28,710 bases of DNA from the NCBI GenBank assembly GCA_031419335.1, contig JANOKO010000260.1:1-28710 (forward strand), written 5' to 3'. Under the pieces are notes generated by a model that saw nothing but the letters and a program-made list of their open reading frames with translations, did no database searches and had not been told where the DNA came from. Below, piece after piece: positions 24,917 through 28,710 of this stretch. Position 1 is the stretch's first letter, and every line of letters starts with the position of its first letter. Source of the DNA: Planctomycetota bacterium (GTDB lineage: Bacteria; Planctomycetota; Planctomycetia; Planctomycetales; Planctomycetaceae). The position numbers and the translations under genes are program-made.

Positions 24917-26181
24917 GGTGGCTGACCCCACTGCAGTTCTGCCCACGGGATTTCCAGTCCCTCCCCTCGGACCATCGTTCCGCGTTGGATGGAGTGCGAG
25001 GAATCGCGATCCTGCTGGTGTTTCTCTACGACTGCCTGAAGGTCCCCTCTGGGGGACTGTTTCAATTTGTGCAGCGCAAGGCGAGTACTTCGGGCTGGGT
25101 CGGTGTGGACTTGTTCTTTGTCTTGTCCGGGTTTCTCATCACCGGCATTCTCATTGACTCCCGCGGCAAGCGGGGCTACCTCCGCAGCTTTTTCGCCCGG
25201 CGGTCATTGCGGATCTTTCCGCTCTACTTCCTGGCACTGTGGTTCACGTTTCTGGCTGTACCCCAGTGGGCTGAATTCTGGAGTCGCGCTGAGCCAGTGG
25301 CCGAGAATGTGTGTGAATTGTCACTAGACCAGTTCTGGTTCTGGACGTATCTCCAGAATTGGCGATTCGCGTGGGAGGGACACTGGCCCTCTGTCAACTA
25401 TCTCAATCACTTCTGGTCGCTGGCGGTTGAGGAGCAGTTCTACCTCGTCTGGCCGTTCGTGGTCGGATACCTGTCAACTCGCATGTTGACAAAGGTTTGT
25501 GGGGCGTGCATTGTGCTGGCCTTGGCTCTGCGGGTGGGATTGTGGTTGGGAGGAGCTCCGTCCGTATCCCTATACGTATTGACCGTAACTCGCATGGATA
25601 GCCTCTGCTGGGGCGCATTCTTCGCCATCGGCTTGCGGTCCCCGGTCTGGTATCCCCGGCTCACCCGCTGGGCATGGCCAGCGATGTCGTCGCTGGCTGT
25701 CGTGATTGTCGCTGTTGATATCGTGTGGCCGCTCCTCAAGACCGAGCAAGTCGGATCGCAGACCATCGGTCATACCTTACTGGGCGTGATGTTTGGCTGT
25801 TTCGTATTCTCGGCAGCTGCGGTCTCTCCACAACACTGGTTCGCGCGGCTCCTTTCGCAGCCCTGGCTCACCGTACCAGGACAGTTCAGTTATGCGATGT
25901 ATGTGATCCATCGCCCGATCTTCAAACTGCTGCAGAAGCTGGAGTGGTCAGTCTTGCCTGCTGTTGTGCAACCGTTGACCCTGTGTGTCGCGACTCTGAT
26001 GGTGACATTGGCCGCCTCGGCTGTGTCATGGAGGTTCTTCGAGAAGCCGTTCCTGTCGTTGAAGGCGCTGTTCCCCAGGCCAGATGAATCGACGGCCCCA
26101 CATCACCCAGGAATGACAGTCATCACCCGGTGGTTGAACGAGGAGCAGTCTCCGCCCGCCACCCAGCACGACCCAGCATAA
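24913..26181 (+). CDS. Acyltransferase-3 (OafA/YrhL-like) membrane O-acyltransferase, stand-alone AT3 (422 aa)
   Basis: LDGVRGIAILLV, GWVGVDLFFVLSGFLIT, FFARRSLRIFPLY, HFWSLAVEEQFY, SYAMYVIH and FFEKPFL. ATG 24913 overlaps the GNAT stop (ATGA). Confidence 0.9.
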   Translation: MRWLTPLQFCPRDFQSLPSDHRSALDGVRGIAILLVFLYDCLKVPSGGLFQFVQRKASTSGWVGVDLFFVLSGFLITGILIDSRGKRGYLRSFFARRSLRIFPLYFLALWFTFLAVPQWAEFWSRAEPVAENVCELSLDQFWFWTYLQNWRFAWEGHWPSVNYLNHFWSLAVEEQFYLVWPFVVGYLSTRMLTKVCGACIVLALALRVGLWLGGAPSVSLYVLTVTRMDSLCWGAFFAIGLRSPVWYPRLTRWAWPAMSSLAVVIVAVDIVWPLLKTEQVGSQTIGHTLLGVMFGCFVFSAAAVSPQHWFARLLSQPWLTVPGQFSYAMYVIHRPIFKLLQKLEWSVLPAVVQPLTLCVATLMVTLAASAVSWRFFEKPFLSLKALFPRPDESTAPHHPGMTVITRWLNEEQSPPATQHDPA

Positions 26182-26197
26182 CAGCCTATGGAACCAT

Positions 26198-26260
26198 GTG
26201 GCCTGGGCATGCTGCCCATGTGCTAACTCCAGGGAATTACGGGCTGGAAGCCCGTGCCAC
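26198..26260. repeat. 63-bp REP doublet (REPIN-like), copy 2
   Basis: GTGG-CCTGGGC-ATGCT-GCCCATG at the left; on the minus strand GTGG-CACGGGC-TTCCA-GCCCGTA at the right. These are two inverted GTGG-headed palindromic units. Confidence 0.8.
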
Positions 26261-26297
26261 AACCTAGTTCCAACAGGCGGATCACGCCAATTTGTTT

Positions 26298-26332
26298 CCC
26301 ACTCCCCTGAAAGAGAGACCGGGGGTGAGGGC
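26298..26332. repeat. Degenerate CCCTCACCCC-type REP copy
   Basis: Minus strand reads GCCCTCACCCCCGGTCTCTCTTTCAGGGGAGTGGG, related to the units at 445-606 but with a short loop. Confidence 0.55.
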
Positions 26333-26563
26333 GAGAGCGAGCGGACTCCCTCTGCTGGGAGGTTGCGACATCCTGTGCCCCGCGATCTGTATCGTTCCAT
26401 CGAAACCCCCTGCGATTCACCCTTTTCTGCCGGTCGCACTCTTCGAACAATCCCGACAGACACATTGATCTTTGAGTTTTTCCCGTCGCGCGATATGCCA
26501 GTACCCATCAAGCCCGTGACGCTGGCTCATCGATGCGGATCTCTGCGGACCGAGGAGGCGAAC

Positions 26564-27088
26564 ATGACTCCGGTGTTGACGAGTGATACACAACTGAAGA
26601 ACTGGTTCGCGGGTCTGGCGGAACAGACCTTTGAGGTCGAGTACGGGATCGCGGACCCACCGCTGATCGACTATTTGTCGGGCATGCTGGTCAGGTTTGT
26701 CCGGTTGGATGCCGTGTTTGCCATTCGTGATGAGGTCGGTCGCCGCCTCGATCAAGTCGTCGACATGCTCCGCGAGGCCGAGTTTCGAGAAGCCCAGCCG
26801 CGATGCGAGATCCATCGCCACATCGGTGACTTCACACTCTTCTGGACCGGCGTCTATCCCGAGGGGCTGTCGCGACTGAAGCAACTCGACCGGCCCGACT
26901 GCTGGGTGAATTACCCGGAGACCGGGAAACGATGCTATCTCATCGCAAGCGAATACGCGGACGAACGACACCGGGAAGAAGCCCAAGTCCTGCGACGATT
27001 GAGCATGTTATACGACACCTGTCGTGAAGGACTCTACCGTATCCGGCGCGAGTGGGATGGCCGCCCGCCGCAACGTCGAGTGGCATAA
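26564..27088 (+). CDS. Conserved hypothetical helical protein (174 aa)
   Basis: GAGGAGG 5 nt upstream of ATG 26564; GIADPPLIDYLSGML and RHIGDFTLFWTGVYPE look like family motifs. The 122 extra N-terminal codons in the ORF track translate REP DNA and were discarded. Confidence 0.8.
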   Translation: MTPVLTSDTQLKNWFAGLAEQTFEVEYGIADPPLIDYLSGMLVRFVRLDAVFAIRDEVGRRLDQVVDMLREAEFREAQPRCEIHRHIGDFTLFWTGVYPEGLSRLKQLDRPDCWVNYPETGKRCYLIASEYADERHREEAQVLRRLSMLYDTCREGLYRIRREWDGRPPQRRVA

Positions 27089-27244
27089 AATCAAAGGTCC
27101 GTGTCGGTTGACAGGTGCCATCGGCGGGCTTCCAGAAACTGGGAAGCAGAGGCGCTCGAACTGCCTCGGCTGGCATAGCTAAGGTGACTGACTTAAGATT
27201 CGCAAATCGTCCCATCGAGACTCCCTGTTCAGGATTGCGGCCCG

Positions 27245-27610
27245 ATGCCCAAGGTCACATTCGTCAAAGAAAAACGCACGATCGAGGTTCCTGACGGTGC
27301 CAACCTGCGGGCCGAGGCCCTCAAAAATGGCATCCAGGTTCACCCGGGAATTCACAAAAACTGGTTCGCCAACTGCCACGGCTTCGGTCAGTGTGCGTCG
27401 TGCTGTGTCAAAATCACCAAGGGTGAGGACAACGTCAGCCGTCAGGGGATCCGCGAGTGGTTGCGGTTCCTGCTGGGTCCGTTGACGTTCTTCATGCGAA
27501 TTGGGAATGAGAAGTCCATGCGTCTCTCCTGCCAGTGCCAAGTCAATGGCGACTGCGAAATTGAAACCGCCCCCCCGCTCAATCTGAGCGGGGAGAAGTT
27601 CTGGGAGTAA
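27245..27610 (+). CDS. 2Fe-2S ferredoxin-like protein
   Basis: MPKVTF, IEVPDGANLR, NCHGFGQCASC and RLSCQ give Cx5Cx2Cx42C. Confidence 0.9.
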   Translation: MPKVTFVKEKRTIEVPDGANLRAEALKNGIQVHPGIHKNWFANCHGFGQCASCCVKITKGEDNVSRQGIREWLRFLLGPLTFFMRIGNEKSMRLSCQCQVNGDCEIETAPPLNLSGEKFWE

Positions 27611-27661
27611 CTTTCCCAACCGGGTGTTACCGACACCCAAATCTAGTCCCCGAGAGATGCT

Positions 27662-28165
27662 ATGGCGACCACCACGAGACAACGGCTGGCGGGCGGAGTC
27701 CTGATCGGCGTGGCGGCGCTGGCCTTCTACATTGGAACACAGTTCAAAGGCCCCGGACTGGGTGGAAGCGGTTCCGGTGACGGGGGGCCGACACCCGAGG
27801 GAGCGGCCAGCCCATCAACTTCAAATCAACCCATCGCACCTGAGTCCGAACTTGTCGGAGATGCCGCAGTGGTTTCCTCGACCGAGGCCCCGGCGACTCC
27901 GGAAGCCCCCCTCGTGGCCGTCGTGATTTCCGGCAGTGAGTATTGGCTCTCCACCACCGGGGATGAAACCAAAACGGATCTCGCCCCACTGGTTGACGTG
28001 GCTCGCGCTGCGCTGCTGGCCACGGGGGATCGGCAAGGCATTCGCGTCCGGATCTTCCGAAAGAAAGACGCGACTGCGGGCGCGATGCTCGATCTGTCTT
28101 CCAAACTCGACGATGCGGGCATCCCTTCGGAATCGATTCAGGTGATCAAGGACTTTCTGGAGTAA
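27662..28165 (+). CDS. Membrane-anchored hypothetical protein, C-terminal domain weakly ExbD/TolR-like
   Basis: N-terminal TM (LAGGVLIGVAALAFYIG), Gly/Pro/Ser linker, then AVVISGSEY and VRIFRKKDATAGAMLDLSSKLDDAGI. Confidence 0.7.
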   Translation: MATTTRQRLAGGVLIGVAALAFYIGTQFKGPGLGGSGSGDGGPTPEGAASPSTSNQPIAPESELVGDAAVVSSTEAPATPEAPLVAVVISGSEYWLSTTGDETKTDLAPLVDVARAALLATGDRQGIRVRIFRKKDATAGAMLDLSSKLDDAGIPSESIQVIKDFLE

Positions 28166-28361
28166 GTGCGAACCCAAAACGCTGAGGGTCGGTTGGCATG
28201 TTTTTTGTCCGACAGAGCATCGGCGGGTTCCACCGGATCAACTCGCGTTTGTCCCTCCCCCGTTGACGGTGTGCAGCGACCTAGACTACACAACCTTTGA
28301 CCCACGGGGATTCGTGTTCATCAACGGACACGATTGAGCCAGGGGCGAGCAAGCTGTGCCC

Positions 28362-28710
28362 ATGAAACCGCTGGATGTCTCTCGATTTCATCACGACGAG
28401 GAGTTCTCGAAACTCCTGGTCGGTCGTCGTGATGTCGACTTGGTTGTGGCCGCTCTGGAAATCGCCCGAGACGCGGACCCAGATCTCTCCTTTCGAACCA
28501 CTCTCGATTGGATTCAAGAGCGAGCCAATCAGCTCACGCTTCAGATCGCGGGCTGTGATGACGAACGGGCCATGCTGGAGCAGGTGGTGGAGTGCCTGTC
28601 GGGTGAGTTTGGTCTGAAGGGCGATGCTGAGTGTTACAGCCGTCCGGAGAGTAGCTTCCTCCCCCAGGTGATCGAATCTCGCCGTGGGTTGCCGATCACG
28701 CTGTCGCTGC
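28362..28710 (+). CDS. SirB1/YchA-family (transglutaminase-like core 2) protein, 3' end outside window
   Basis: Translated by hand from ATG 28362: ...AALEIARDADPDL...EFGLKGDAECYSRPESSFLPQVIESRRGLPITLSL, matching the family pattern FxGN..Y..PxNSxL..VL..RxGxPIxLS. Confidence 0.88.
   Translation, partial: MKPLDVSRFHHDEEFSKLLVGRRDVDLVVAALEIARDADPDLSFRTTLDWIQERANQLTLQIAGCDDERAMLEQVVECLSGEFGLKGDAECYSRPESSFLPQVIESRRGLPITLSL

Noticed and set aside
26198-26563. 122-aa N-terminal extension of the 296-aa ORF 26198-27088
   Set aside because: It translates REP elements; a strong GAGGAGG supports ATG 26564.
27622-27638. Hairpin GGGTGT-TACCG-ACACCC sharing GGTGTTACC with ~12719-12727
   Set aside because: The 9-nt match is within chance expectation, and the hairpin has no poly-U; too weak to call as a terminator or a shared motif.
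28193-28208. Sigma54-like -24/-12 site TTGGCATG-TTTT-TTGT upstream of the SirB1-like gene
   Set aside because: The near-invariant -12 GC is GT, and no functional activator is evident.

Overview
A ~60% GC bacterial chromosome segment, most consistent with a planctomycete (inferred from DUF1598, a stand-alone fhcD, Tad-vWA and WxxGxW proteins and the REP types). I support about 22 coding genes, two truncated by the window edges, plus one candidate 35-aa small ORF missing from the ORF track. Recognisable genes are citrate synthase gltA, fhcD, mlaE, an AI-2E transporter, a LarA-family protein, a 2OG-Fe(II) oxygenase, a DUF455 ferritin-like protein, a CelD/BcsL-type GNAT, an acyltransferase-3, a 2Fe-2S ferredoxin and a SirB1-like protein. 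I see no rRNA, tRNA, CRISPR array, transposase, integrase or phage gene. Intergenic DNA carries three kinds of short repeat: CCCTCACCCC-type hairpin REPs, a 63-bp REPIN-like doublet present twice, and 9-nt-periodic repeats including an 18-bp inverted-repeat element. The most striking pattern is several familiar folds lacking canonical functional residues: a sigma54-activator-like protein without GAFTGA/Walker B, an SGNH protein without Ser/Asn/His next to an orphan mlaE, an AT3 with R-X10-D instead of R-X10-H, and a 2-TM channel with a TGMGP filter. I cannot establish a complete new system from sequence alone. The best candidates are the dead-SGNH/mlaE pair, the HPGHG-peptide/coiled-coil operon with its palindrome, the DUF455/mini-channel pair and the gltA/pseudo-activator operon. 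All family calls are by motif recognition and were not checked against databases.
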